Below are positions 26,343 through 35,586 of a DNA stretch of 47,608 nt, in pieces; position 1 is the first letter of the stretch, and each line of letters opens with the position of its first letter. The DNA comes from Candidatus Xenobia bacterium (lineage in GTDB: Bacteria > Vulcanimicrobiota > Xenobia > Xenobiales > QWHO01): contig BTUM01000063.1 of NCBI GenBank assembly GCA_045863235.1, positions 1-47,608 of the forward strand. The letters run 5' to 3'. The notes under the pieces were generated by a model. That model saw nothing but the letters and a program-made list of their open reading frames with translations. It was not told the DNA's origin and made no database searches. A program made the position numbers and the translations under genes.

Positions 26343-26842
26343 CAGTTCCGGCTGCGCTCGTTGACCAGGCGCGACATCTGGGTGCGGAGAAAACCGTAGC
26401 CCTGACGAGCCATGGTGAACTCACCAGCGCCCCCCGGACGCCACCACCAGACCACCACGTCCACCTTCTTCAAACGGTTCCCGGGGGTGGTGAAGGGCTC
26501 GACCCGCTCGTTGTAAATGACGTAGGAAAAGACCGTCTGGTTGAGAGTGGCCGCCGTTCCCATGGCGTATGCGTTGCCCCCGCTCATCGGGTAATCATTG
26601 TCAAAGAAACTGTCACGACGGGTCTTGTCCGTCAAGATTTCATGCATTTCCGCATCCATCAGATATTCAGCCAGAATGGTCCCAGCCGTAAGGTCGACTG
26701 TCTTCTGGCTCGACTGAATGACATTGGTAAAAATACCAATGATAATCAACAATGCGGTAGCAATGATAGAAAAAGCCAACAGCAACTCTATCAGACTGAA
26801 GGCGACGGGCCTTCGCCGTCCGAGGATCGTCTCCAATGCCAC
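26342..26842 (-). CDS. Type IV minor pilin (PilV/PulI-like)
   Basis: RRRPVA|FSLIELLLAFSII class III signal; C-terminal LKKVDVVVWW strand typical of PilV/GspI. Confidence 0.75.
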   Translation of the reverse strand: MALETILGRRRPVAFSLIELLLAFSIIATALLIIIGIFTNVIQSSQKTVDLTAGTILAEYLMDAEMHEILTDKTRRDSFFDNDYPMSGGNAYAMGTAATLNQTVFSYVIYNERVEPFTTPGNRLKKVDVVVWWWRPGGAGEFTMARQGYGFLRTQMSRLVNERSRN

Positions 26843-26851
26843 TCCCGAAGA

Positions 26852-27355
26852 CTATAGCAGACTTCCGGGACCCTTTCGAGCCAGGCCCAGCCCGATCAGC
26901 AGGATTCCTCCCGCAGGCCAGAGCCAGGCCACCCGAACCCCCCAGAACAAAATGGCCAGGCTGGAGGCGCCGAGCCCGACCAGAAAGCCGTTGTTCTCCC
27001 AGAAAAAGAGCAAACCGGGGCTGGAGAAGGCCGGCAACTGGGAGCGAAAGAAACTGCCTGCATAGAGCCCTGTGAGAGCCACCAGGAGTGTGAAGAGCGG
27101 CAGCAACTCGGGCCGGAAGCTCGCGCGCTCGAGCCACCCGAGCAGGAGATAGGGGGCCAGGCAGGCCAGGCCAAGAGCCAGGGGGGCCCCTCGGCGGGGA
27201 AGCCAGAGACCAGCCAGGCTGCCCATCAGCCACCCCGTCGTGACTGCCAGGAAACTGGGAAGGGCAGCGGTACAGCGCACCTGCAGGGCCATGTAGAGGC
27301 CGACCTGGAGCCCGGCCAACCAGAAACCCACCAGGAAAGCATTCAGGGGAGCCAT
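26852..27355 (-). CDS. Small polytopic membrane protein resembling the TM modules of membrane spermidine-synthase-like proteins
   Basis: About 6 TM segments; GLYAGSFF...LFFWENNGFLVG; ATG 27355 overlaps the upstream TGA (TGATG). Confidence 0.6.
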   Translation of the reverse strand: MAPLNAFLVGFWLAGLQVGLYMALQVRCTAALPSFLAVTTGWLMGSLAGLWLPRRGAPLALGLACLAPYLLLGWLERASFRPELLPLFTLLVALTGLYAGSFFRSQLPAFSSPGLLFFWENNGFLVGLGASSLAILFWGVRVAWLWPAGGILLIGLGLARKGPGSLL

Positions 27356-28800
27356 CAGGGTTCCAGATTCCAGCGATTCAAGACCCACACCAGGCGCAGA
27401 TCGTCCAGGGTCGCGGGAGCGTGGCCCTGCAGGCTGCGAGACAGCGCCTCCGGGGCCACCACCTCGATCTGGTTGGCCTTCACAGCCAGCGACGCCTCTC
27501 GGAGGGACGGCTCGGAGATCGGCTGATCGCTGGCGTAGGCAAAGGAGAGCCCGGACTCGGGCCCATTGACCACCACCACAGCCGCGAACACCCCCTGCAG
27601 GGCCTTCAAGATGGGGCCCGCGGCACGGTTAGGCCGATCAGGCACGAAGTCCTCGGCCAGACAGACCGAAACAATGCCTCCGGGAGCCAGTCTCGCTCGG
27701 CACAACTGGTAGAACTCGCGGGTGCAAAGCAGGCCGGTCTGGACATAGAACGGGGCGGGGACGTCCATCACGATCAGATCGAACTGCTCGCTGGTGGTGG
27801 CCAGGAAGTGCTTGGCATCGTCGATCACCAGGGTCCAGGGAGCCCCGAGCTCCTGCCGGGGGTGGAAGAACTCCTGTCCGACCGCGGCCACTTCGGCATC
27901 CAACTCGACCGTCGTGATGCTGCCGGCACTCTGCGAGAGCCGGGCCACTGCGTCCAGCGAGCCGCTGCCCACCACCAGCACGCGCCCTCCTGGCCGCAGC
28001 CTGGCCGGGAGGAGGGTCACGTAGGTGTTGTACCAGCGCAAATCGGCCTCGTTGTAGTACATGAGGCCATTCAGAAACAGCGCGCGACTGCCTTTCGGGC
28101 TCTCCAGCACCTCGATCTTCTGGTACGGCGAGCGACGGGTCGCCAGCACTCGGGAGTCCTGCCAGGGTCTGAGCTCAGGGAAGGACCGACCGTAAAGGTA
28201 CAGCGTGCTGATCCGATCCATGGGACCGAGCAAGGCCAGAACCACGACCGCCACCAACACTCCCCCGACCAGCATCGGTCGACCCAGGCCCAGACCCAGC
28301 CCGATGGCCAGCAAGCTCGCTTCGTAGACCAGAGGGGCGGCGCTCACAGCTCCCGGGACGAGTACGGCCACACCCAGGGCGACCAGCGCCCCGAGCAACT
28401 CCAGGGAGTAGCTCAGGGGCAGGCTCTCGGGTCGACCGACCAGGGCCCGAGGGAGCAGAATCGAGTAGAAGCCCGTGAGTAAGAGGGCCGTCAAGAGAAA
28501 CACCATCGGAAGGATGGCCCAGGTCACCTCGGTCGATCGCAACCAGCCGACCAGAACACGAATGCCAAAGATCAAGGGCAGGTGCAAACTGACGGCGGCC
28601 AACCAGCCCAGGGCCACCTGGGGGGGGGTCAGGCGCTCGCCCAGCAGATAACCCAGGGACAGCCCGGCAAAGTAGGCCAGCATGACGGACAGGATGGCCA
28701 GCTCGCACGACCACAAGGTGGAAGACAGCTCCCGAACGTAGAGGAGCTGAAGAAGCATCAGGTTGAAGCCCGCCAGAAGGAGGGGCCAGCGCAGGCTCAA
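27355..28800 (-). CDS. Membrane-bound spermidine-synthase-fold (class I SAM-binding) protein
   Basis: N-terminal TM bundle, SPYQKIEV, LFLNG, VLVVGSGS, VELDAEV, DDAKHFL, FDLIVMD, TREFYQLCRARLAPGG. Confidence 0.82.
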   Translation of the reverse strand: MSLRWPLLLAGFNLMLLQLLYVRELSSTLWSCELAILSVMLAYFAGLSLGYLLGERLTPPQVALGWLAAVSLHLPLIFGIRVLVGWLRSTEVTWAILPMVFLLTALLLTGFYSILLPRALVGRPESLPLSYSLELLGALVALGVAVLVPGAVSAAPLVYEASLLAIGLGLGLGRPMLVGGVLVAVVVLALLGPMDRISTLYLYGRSFPELRPWQDSRVLATRRSPYQKIEVLESPKGSRALFLNGLMYYNEADLRWYNTYVTLLPARLRPGGRVLVVGSGSLDAVARLSQSAGSITTVELDAEVAAVGQEFFHPRQELGAPWTLVIDDAKHFLATTSEQFDLIVMDVPAPFYVQTGLLCTREFYQLCRARLAPGGIVSVCLAEDFVPDRPNRAAGPILKALQGVFAAVVVVNGPESGLSFAYASDQPISEPSLREASLAVKANQIEVVAPEALSRSLQGHAPATLDDLRLVWVLNRWNLEP

Positions 28801-28804
28801 GGGG

Positions 28805-30739
28805 TCAGTGGTTAGCCCACATCTTGCGTACCATCGGCGTGTTGGGCAGTTGGAAGTGGTTGAGCCACTTGTCGGAGTAGGTGATGCGAGCCCCGCGCAC
28901 GTTCATGTTGACGCCTCCGGTGCCCGGCGTGGGAGTGCCGGTGGCGGGGTCTCCGCCGAAGGCGACCAGAACTCCGGTGAAGTCGAAGAAGCCGGGATCC
29001 GTGACCCCGGTCCTGAGATCGATGTTGAAGCTGCGCTGGGTGTAGACCACGCCTTTCAAGGTCACGTCCTGGGCCGAAGCACCCGCAGGCGGGGTAGGGG
29101 TGGGGGTCGGTGTCGGTGGCCCCCCATCGTCATCGTCCCAGTGGCCCCAACCTTTGCCTTTGCCCTTGCCCTTCCCCTTGCCCCAACCGCCGCCGCCAGA
29201 GCTGGCCTCCTCCTCGATGCCCTGCACCACCTCATCGGGGATGGCCGTGAGGTTGATGTCTCCTTTGGCATAGACGGCCACCCCGTGCCACGGCTGAGCT
29301 TCGAGAGCGCTCGGGCCCTGGAAGGTGATAGAGCCTTCACTGGTCACCGCTCCTTCACCGGTCAGCTCGCCTACCAGGACGACGTTTCCCGGGGCTGTCA
29401 CCACCGGAGCCGCCTGGGAGCCCGTGGTATCCAATACATCCATCACTACGGTGGGACGATTCTTACTGGCCGTCACGGCCGGGTCCGGGACCACCGCCAG
29501 GCCCATCGCGGTCCCGCTCGGTTGCACGAGGGTGTCCTCGGTGAACTGGATCTCGAAGGGCTCGCCATCCGGACGGATGGCCTCGCGACCCGAGGTATCG
29601 AGCTGAGCTGGGGTATCGATGCGGGTGGGCAGGTGACCGGCAAAGGAGGCGCCCTGTGCGGGCACCGCATCCACGGATGGGTCGAAGTCGGCCGGATAGT
29701 ATTCCAGGAATCGCTCGGTCGGGCTCATTCTCCAGACATAGAGCCCGGCCCGCATGGTGGATTTGCTCCCGTCCGCTTTGCGAATGTCGCCCCAGCTCAT
29801 CTGGGGAAGCTCACCCACGTTGGGGTCGCTCGTCTCGACGTTATTGTTGACTCGGAAGACCTTGCTTGAAAGCGAATCCACATGAACGGTCGTTCCGGAG
29901 TCGGGGAGGTAATCGGTCAGGCCGGATCCTACTGCCTCAATCAGGACGTCACCCATGCTGCGAATACGAGGCACCTTGTCGGGAATGTCGCTCTTGAGCT
30001 CGAACTTCTCTCCCGGGCTCGTGAGAGCCACGACGTTGTCGCGAGAATAGATGGTGGCATCGGCCAGGTCGGGCACAAACTGGGTTTCCGAGACGAATGT
30101 GGCGATCCGTCCGCTGGAAGGCTCATAGTTGGGGTCGGCCGCGCTGATGTCTCGGAAGCCTGGTCCGGCCCGTCCCTCCACGATGATGCAAGCCGTGAAG
30201 GGGGCAACTTCGTAGGGAACCGGTGGGGTGGCGCTGACGGCCCACGAGCCGCCCAGATTCGCCCGTGGCACATCGCGCGCGCCCGCTCCAGTCAGATTGT
30301 TGATCGACACATACTGATGGCGAACCGTATAGGTGCTGGGATTGCTCAGGTTATCGGTGCCGGCGCCACTTCCGTCCTGGAAGTTGAACCGAATGCGGAA
30401 CTGGCCGACGTCGTTGTAAGGACCGCGCAGGTAGCCGACCACATTGCCTCGGTCCTCCACCACCACCATACCGGGCGCGTCCACCTCGGTGACCGCTCCC
30501 CCATTGGCCCCTCGATCGGGAATACCGTTTCCACGCCATTTGATATCCTGCTGCAGGCGCGTGAGCGCATACTGCTGGCCGGCATCGGCCGCCAGCAGGG
30601 CCATTCTCTTGTCATGATAGTTGACGCTGAGGCCCAGACCCCCGGGAATGAGCGCCAGGCCGGCCGTGACCACCATGGTGATGATGATCAGCAACAGCAT
30701 GGTCGAAATCAGGACGATGGCGCGACGCTTTCCTCGCAT
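28805..30739 (-). CDS. Large pilin-like assembly protein with PilX/GspK-type N-terminus
   Basis: KRRA|IVLISTMLLL..., then ALLAADAGQQYALTRL (PilX N-terminal pattern); beta-rich C-terminus (AVYAKGDINL, LKGVVYT, FTGVLVAFGG). Confidence 0.65.
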   Translation of the reverse strand: MRGKRRAIVLISTMLLLIIITMVVTAGLALIPGGLGLSVNYHDKRMALLAADAGQQYALTRLQQDIKWRGNGIPDRGANGGAVTEVDAPGMVVVEDRGNVVGYLRGPYNDVGQFRIRFNFQDGSGAGTDNLSNPSTYTVRHQYVSINNLTGAGARDVPRANLGGSWAVSATPPVPYEVAPFTACIIVEGRAGPGFRDISAADPNYEPSSGRIATFVSETQFVPDLADATIYSRDNVVALTSPGEKFELKSDIPDKVPRIRSMGDVLIEAVGSGLTDYLPDSGTTVHVDSLSSKVFRVNNNVETSDPNVGELPQMSWGDIRKADGSKSTMRAGLYVWRMSPTERFLEYYPADFDPSVDAVPAQGASFAGHLPTRIDTPAQLDTSGREAIRPDGEPFEIQFTEDTLVQPSGTAMGLAVVPDPAVTASKNRPTVVMDVLDTTGSQAAPVVTAPGNVVLVGELTGEGAVTSEGSITFQGPSALEAQPWHGVAVYAKGDINLTAIPDEVVQGIEEEASSGGGGWGKGKGKGKGKGWGHWDDDDGGPPTPTPTPTPPAGASAQDVTLKGVVYTQRSFNIDLRTGVTDPGFFDFTGVLVAFGGDPATGTPTPGTGGVNMNVRGARITYSDKWLNHFQLPNTPMVRKMWANH

Positions 30740-30760
30740 GCCTAAAGTATAGCAAAAAAA

Positions 30761-31747
30761 TTACTGGCAAGCCGTCAGGCCCAGCTTCTCCCGAACCTCG
30801 CCCATCGTGATTCGGGCCCGGGCCCGCAGGTCGGCCGCGCTGTCCTTGAGAATGCGACAAACCTCTCCAGGCTTGGCGGCCAGCTCGCTCCGGCGCTCGC
30901 GAATGGGAGCCAGCACCCGCAGCATCTCTTCAGTCAGGCTCTCCTTGAGGTCTTTGTAGCGAAGCTCTCCGCGCTCATAATCCCCTTTGAAGCGCGCATA
31001 GACCTCGGCCGGGGCGAACACCTCCAGCAGCGAGTAGAGATTGGCCACCCCGGGCGACATGGTGCCGGGCTCGGCGGGCGGCCCCACGTCGGTGACCGCC
31101 CGTTTGATCTGCTTACGAATGGACTCTTCCGAATCGGTCAGCATGATGGCCGAGCCCTCGATTGACTTGGACATCTTGCGGGTCGGATCGGACAAGGTCA
31201 TGATGCGGGCGGCCTTGGTGAGACGGGGCTTCGGCTCGGGGAACGTGTCCCCGAACTGATGGTTGAAGCGCCGCGCGATCTCGCGAGTCACCTCCAGGTG
31301 TTGCACCTGGTCCTCGCCGACCGGCACCACGTCTGCCTTGTAGAGCAAAATGTCGGCGGCCTGCAAGACCGGGTAGGCATAGAGACCGAGATTGACCCAA
31401 TCCACCCTTTCGCTCTTCTCCTTGAACTGGGTCATACGATTCAACTCGCCCATCGGGGCCACGCAGCTCAGCACCCAGGCCAGTTCGGTATGCTCGGGAA
31501 CATGCGATTGCACGAACAGCCGCGAGCGCTCGGGGTCGATGCCGCAGGCCAGGATGTCCAGCGCCGCATCCATCACTCTGCGAGGCATTTCCTGGGCCTC
31601 GTAGGCCACTGTCAGCGAGTGGTAGTCGACGATGCAGAAGATGCAGTCCATCTCTTGCTGCAGACGCACCCAGTTGGAGATGGCCCCGGCGTAATTGCCG
31701 ACGTGAATGGCACCGGTAGGCTGAATGCCCGAGAAGACGAGACTCAT
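30761..31747 (-). CDS. trpS: Tryptophanyl-tRNA synthetase
   Basis: SGIQPTG.IHVGNY.G, RMTQFKEK, YPVLQAADILLY, VPVGEDQ.QHLE, KMSKS; ATG 31747. Confidence 0.97.
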   Translation of the reverse strand: MSLVFSGIQPTGAIHVGNYAGAISNWVRLQQEMDCIFCIVDYHSLTVAYEAQEMPRRVMDAALDILACGIDPERSRLFVQSHVPEHTELAWVLSCVAPMGELNRMTQFKEKSERVDWVNLGLYAYPVLQAADILLYKADVVPVGEDQVQHLEVTREIARRFNHQFGDTFPEPKPRLTKAARIMTLSDPTRKMSKSIEGSAIMLTDSEESIRKQIKRAVTDVGPPAEPGTMSPGVANLYSLLEVFAPAEVYARFKGDYERGELRYKDLKESLTEEMLRVLAPIRERRSELAAKPGEVCRILKDSAADLRARARITMGEVREKLGLTACQ

Positions 31748-31748
31748 G

Positions 31749-32774
31749 TCAGACTGCCGCGGCGACAGGCACCGGTTGCATGGGGGAAGGTAAAGGCATG
31801 GCCACCGGGATCCCATTCATGATCAAGGAGCGCTGGGCCGCTTCCAGCACGCTGAGCACGTTCAAGCCACTCCACCCGTCGGTGAGCGGGGGAGTCCGGC
31901 TGGCCACGGCCTCCAGAAAAGCTCGGCACTCGAGCTCGAGCGGCTCGTGGCTGGAGAACTCGATCTTCTCACCCTCGGCGGGAACGGCCACCGGCCCGCC
32001 CGCATTCATCTCCACCCGCTGGGGATAGCAGATCAACTGCTTGCTGACGTCGTCAAAGACGACCATCTTGGAAGAGCCGACGACCACCAGTCGTTGCTCT
32101 TTGAAAGGGTGCAGCCAGGAGACGAAGATGTGAGCCCGGACGCCGTTGTTGAAGAGCAGATTGGTCAGGGTGACGTCGGCGATATTGGGCTGAATATAGT
32201 TTCCTCCCTGGGCCGAAACCTGAAACGGCAGCAAACCGAGCAGACGAAGAATGACGGCCACATCGTGAGGCGCGAAGCTCCAGAGGATGTTCTCCTCGCG
32301 GCGAATCTTCCCCAGGCTGACCCGGTTGGAATAAATGTACTGCAGTCGGCCCAACTCACCCGAGCGGACCAGCTCGTTGAGCTTGACGATGGCCGGATGG
32401 TATTCCAGAACGTGACCGACCATCAAGATCCTTGCGCCGGCATCGGCCAGCGACACCAGGTGGAAACCCTCCTGGGCGTTCAGGGCCAGAGGCTTCTCCA
32501 CGAAGACATCCTTGCCCGCCAGGAGCGCCCGCTTGGCCAGACCGTAGTGGGTCTCGGCCGGCGTAGCCAGCACCACTCCCTGCACGGGACTGTCGAGCAA
32601 CCGCTGAAAGTCCTCGTAGATGGGGATTCCCGGGGCGAGTTGAGCAGCCGTCTCGCGTCCAGCTGGATGCGCTTCGCACACCGCTTCCAGGGCGCCCAGC
32701 CGATGAAAGTTGCGCACCAGATTCTTCCCCCAGTACCCGCATCCGACCACTCCGACCTTGACCATGTCAGCCAT
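31749..32774 (-). CDS. Gfo/Idh/MocA oxidoreductase (WbpB/WlbA-like nucleotide-sugar oxidase)
   Basis: GCGYWGKNLVRNF, VFVEKP, MVGH, WSFAPHD, SWLHPFKEQ. Confidence 0.85.
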   Translation of the reverse strand: MADMVKVGVVGCGYWGKNLVRNFHRLGALEAVCEAHPAGRETAAQLAPGIPIYEDFQRLLDSPVQGVVLATPAETHYGLAKRALLAGKDVFVEKPLALNAQEGFHLVSLADAGARILMVGHVLEYHPAIVKLNELVRSGELGRLQYIYSNRVSLGKIRREENILWSFAPHDVAVILRLLGLLPFQVSAQGGNYIQPNIADVTLTNLLFNNGVRAHIFVSWLHPFKEQRLVVVGSSKMVVFDDVSKQLICYPQRVEMNAGGPVAVPAEGEKIEFSSHEPLELECRAFLEAVASRTPPLTDGWSGLNVLSVLEAAQRSLIMNGIPVAMPLPSPMQPVPVAAAV

Positions 32775-32780
32775 CCTTCC

Positions 32781-34139
32781 TCAACGTCCCATGCCCAGAT
32801 AGGTAAAGCCGTGCTCCCGAACGTCGCTGGGACGAATGATGTTGCGCCCGTCCAGCAAGATTGGCTGCCGCATCACGCCCGCCAGTTTCGCGAAATCGAG
32901 CTTGCGGTACTCCTCCCAGTCGGTCGCAATCAGCAGAGCGTCAGCCCCGTCGGCCACCGCATAGGGGCTGGTCAGAAACTCCACATCCAGGCCCTCCAGC
33001 TCCTTCTGGGCGGCCGGAATCGAGATGGGGTCGTGGGCCCGCACGTGCGCCCCTCGCTCGAGCAGGAGGCGAATGATGTCCATGGCCGGCGAATCACGCA
33101 CGTCATCGGTGTCCGGTTTGAAGGCCAGCCCCAACACCCCCACCACCTGACCGCGCAGCACCTTCAGAGCGTCCTGCAGGCGGTCGACGGCCCGTCGGCG
33201 CTGGCTGAAGTTCACCTGGCGGGCGGCCAGAATCATGGGCATGGACTCGCCATACTCCGAGGCCACCGCCAGGATGGCGGCCGTATCCTTGGGGAAGCAA
33301 CTTCCTCCCCAGCCGATTCCGGCGCCCAGCATGCGGTGACCGATGCGCGCATCCAGCCCGATCCCCCGGGCCACCTCGCTGACATCGGCGCCGATCCGCT
33401 CGCACAGACAAGCGATGTCGTTGATGAAGCTGATCTTGGTGGCCAGGAATGCATTGGCGGCATACTTGATCATCTCGGCGCTGGTGGGGTCGGTCGTGAT
33501 CATCGGGGGCAGCCGGAAGCCTTCGGGGCGGGGCATGAAGGTCGGTGGCTCGAACGTTTGCTCCAGCAGCGGACGATAGAGCTGGTGGAGCATCTCCACG
33601 GTCTCCTCGCTCTCTGAGCCCACCACGATGCGGTCCGGATAGAGCGTATCGCGCAGGGCGTTGCCCTCACGCAAGAACTCAGGATTGGAGGCAAATCCCA
33701 CCAGCACCTGCGCCTCGCGCTCGCGTAGCACCCGATGCACCACGTTGGCGACGCGACGGTTGGTGCCAACCGGGACGGTAGACTTGACCACCACCGCGTA
33801 GCGTCGTCCGCTCTGCAGGCCCTGGGCAACCTCTCCGGCGGCCGCTTCGACATACTGTGTGTCGGCTTTGCCGTTGCCCATCTGGGGAGTGCCCACGGCG
33901 ATGATGATGATGTCAGCATCTCCTACCACCTCGCTGGCCTCGTCGGCCAGTCGTACCCGGTCCGCGCACTCGTGCAACAGAGGCTCGAGACCGTGCTCGT
34001 GAATGGGAAGGCTGCCAGCTCGCAGAAGCTCGAGCTTGCGACTATCTTTCTCAATGATGGTAATGCGGTGGCCCAGGTAAGCCAGCGCCAAACCAGTCGG
34101 CAGGCCTACATAGCCCGCCCCGACGATTGCGACGTTCAT
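32781..34139 (-). CDS. ugd: UDP-glucose/GDP-mannose dehydrogenase family
   Basis: GAGYVG, AVGTP, KSTVPVGT, NPEFLREG, KYAANAFLATKISFIN, GWGGSCFPKD, GLAFKPDTDD.R.SP, DGRN. Confidence 0.93.
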   Translation of the reverse strand: MNVAIVGAGYVGLPTGLALAYLGHRITIIEKDSRKLELLRAGSLPIHEHGLEPLLHECADRVRLADEASEVVGDADIIIIAVGTPQMGNGKADTQYVEAAAGEVAQGLQSGRRYAVVVKSTVPVGTNRRVANVVHRVLREREAQVLVGFASNPEFLREGNALRDTLYPDRIVVGSESEETVEMLHQLYRPLLEQTFEPPTFMPRPEGFRLPPMITTDPTSAEMIKYAANAFLATKISFINDIACLCERIGADVSEVARGIGLDARIGHRMLGAGIGWGGSCFPKDTAAILAVASEYGESMPMILAARQVNFSQRRRAVDRLQDALKVLRGQVVGVLGLAFKPDTDDVRDSPAMDIIRLLLERGAHVRAHDPISIPAAQKELEGLDVEFLTSPYAVADGADALLIATDWEEYRKLDFAKLAGVMRQPILLDGRNIIRPSDVREHGFTYLGMGR

Positions 34140-34283
34140 AAGGGCACTACGGTTGGCTACCGGCCAGGGCTCCTCCTCCCTGCAGGCCGGAATCGGGTGC
34201 CTGCCAGCAGGACTCGACTGTCAAACCCACGACATTCTCTATCGTTCGAACATGCAACTACAAGAGCGACAGTTAAACCCTGA

Positions 34284-34610
34284 GACAAAGGCTTTCCTCA
34301 CGTCCCGATGGAAGCGTGCGCCATGGGAATTCCGATCGTGGTGACCGACATACGAGGATGTCGGGAGGTGCTGGAGCAGAATCGCAACGTTCTGGCCGTC
34401 CGGGTCCAAGACCCCGTTGCTCTGGCGCAAGCCATCGAGGCCATCTTGACCAGCGCCGAGCGGCATGGCCGCTACAGCGCCGAAGCACGCCGTCTGGCAG
34501 AAGAGCGTTTCGACGAAAGGCTGGTGTTCAGGAAAGTGCATCACGAGTATCTCCGCCTTCTGGAGGCCAGGGGCCTGCTCGCGCGAGGAGAGAGCTGTGT
34601 CCGAGCTTGA
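34284..34610 (+). pseudogene. C-terminal remnant of a GT4 (GT-B) glycosyltransferase
   Basis: Reads DKGFPHVPMEACAMGIPIVVTDIRGCREV...D..ALA.AI (degenerate EGFP...MEA.A.G.P motif); in-frame TGA at 34281-34283 immediately upstream and no room for the N-terminal domain. Confidence 0.75.
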
Positions 34611-35586
34611 GACCGTTCTGGTGACCGGATGCGCCGGGTTCATCGGAAGCCATACGACGGTGAGCTTGCTCGACTCGGGTTATCGGGTGCTTGGTCTCGA
34701 CAACCTGAACGACTATTACAGCCCCGACCGCAAACAGGCCAATCTGGCCGAGATCCGCCAGGAAACAGCCCATCCGGAGCGGTTCGACTTCCTGCAAGCA
34801 GACCTGAGAGACAAAGAGCGCATCCGGCAGATTTTCCAAGATCATCGTGTCGACCGGGTGGTCCATCTGGCCGCCATGGCAGGCGTGCGAAACTCAATCG
34901 AGGATCCGGCCCTTTACATCGACGTCAACCTGAATGCCACCCTCTACTTGCTAGATGCGGCTCGCGATCACAAGGTGCGCAACTTCGTCTTCGCTTCTAC
35001 CTCGTCGGTCTATGGAGCCACCCGGACCATCCCCTTCGTCGAAACCGACCCCTGCGATCGCCCCCTTTCGCCCTACCCCGCCACCAAACGAGCGGCCGAG
35101 ATGCTCGGTTACAGCTACCACCACCTTTACGGCCTGAACTTCACGGTGTTGCGATTTTTCACGGTCTACGGACCACGCGGTCGGCCGGACATGATGGCCC
35201 ACCGGGTGCTCGACAACATCTACTTCGGCCGCAAGACTCCCCTCTTCCGCGGCGGTGACATGCACCGGGATTGGACCGCGGTTTCCGACATCGTGGCGGG
35301 AGTGGTGTCCGCTACCGGCCGCGAGTTGGGCTATGCCATCATCAACCTGGGTCGAGGCAAGCCGATCCGGGTGTCAGAGTTCGTCAAAGTCATGGAGAAG
35401 CAAGCCGGAAAGAAGGCGACCCTGGTGGATGCTCCCATGATGGACGCCGACATGTCTTACACCTATGCCGATATCAGCCGGGCCCGAGAGCTCCTCGGCT
35501 ACGAGCCAGCGGTCGGCATCGAGGAGGGCGTGGCGCGCTTCCACGAGTGGTATCGGGCCACGGTGCTCGCCAGCCGTGCTGTATAG
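34597..35586 (+). CDS. NAD-dependent epimerase/dehydratase (UDP-glucuronate 4-epimerase-like)
   Basis: VTGCAGFIG, DNLNDYY, HLAAMAGVR, ASTSSVYG, YPATK, LRFFTVYGPRGRPDM; GTG start 34597. Confidence 0.9.
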   Translation: MSELETVLVTGCAGFIGSHTTVSLLDSGYRVLGLDNLNDYYSPDRKQANLAEIRQETAHPERFDFLQADLRDKERIRQIFQDHRVDRVVHLAAMAGVRNSIEDPALYIDVNLNATLYLLDAARDHKVRNFVFASTSSVYGATRTIPFVETDPCDRPLSPYPATKRAAEMLGYSYHHLYGLNFTVLRFFTVYGPRGRPDMMAHRVLDNIYFGRKTPLFRGGDMHRDWTAVSDIVAGVVSATGRELGYAIINLGRGKPIRVSEFVKVMEKQAGKKATLVDAPMMDADMSYTYADISRARELLGYEPAVGIEEGVARFHEWYRATVLASRAV

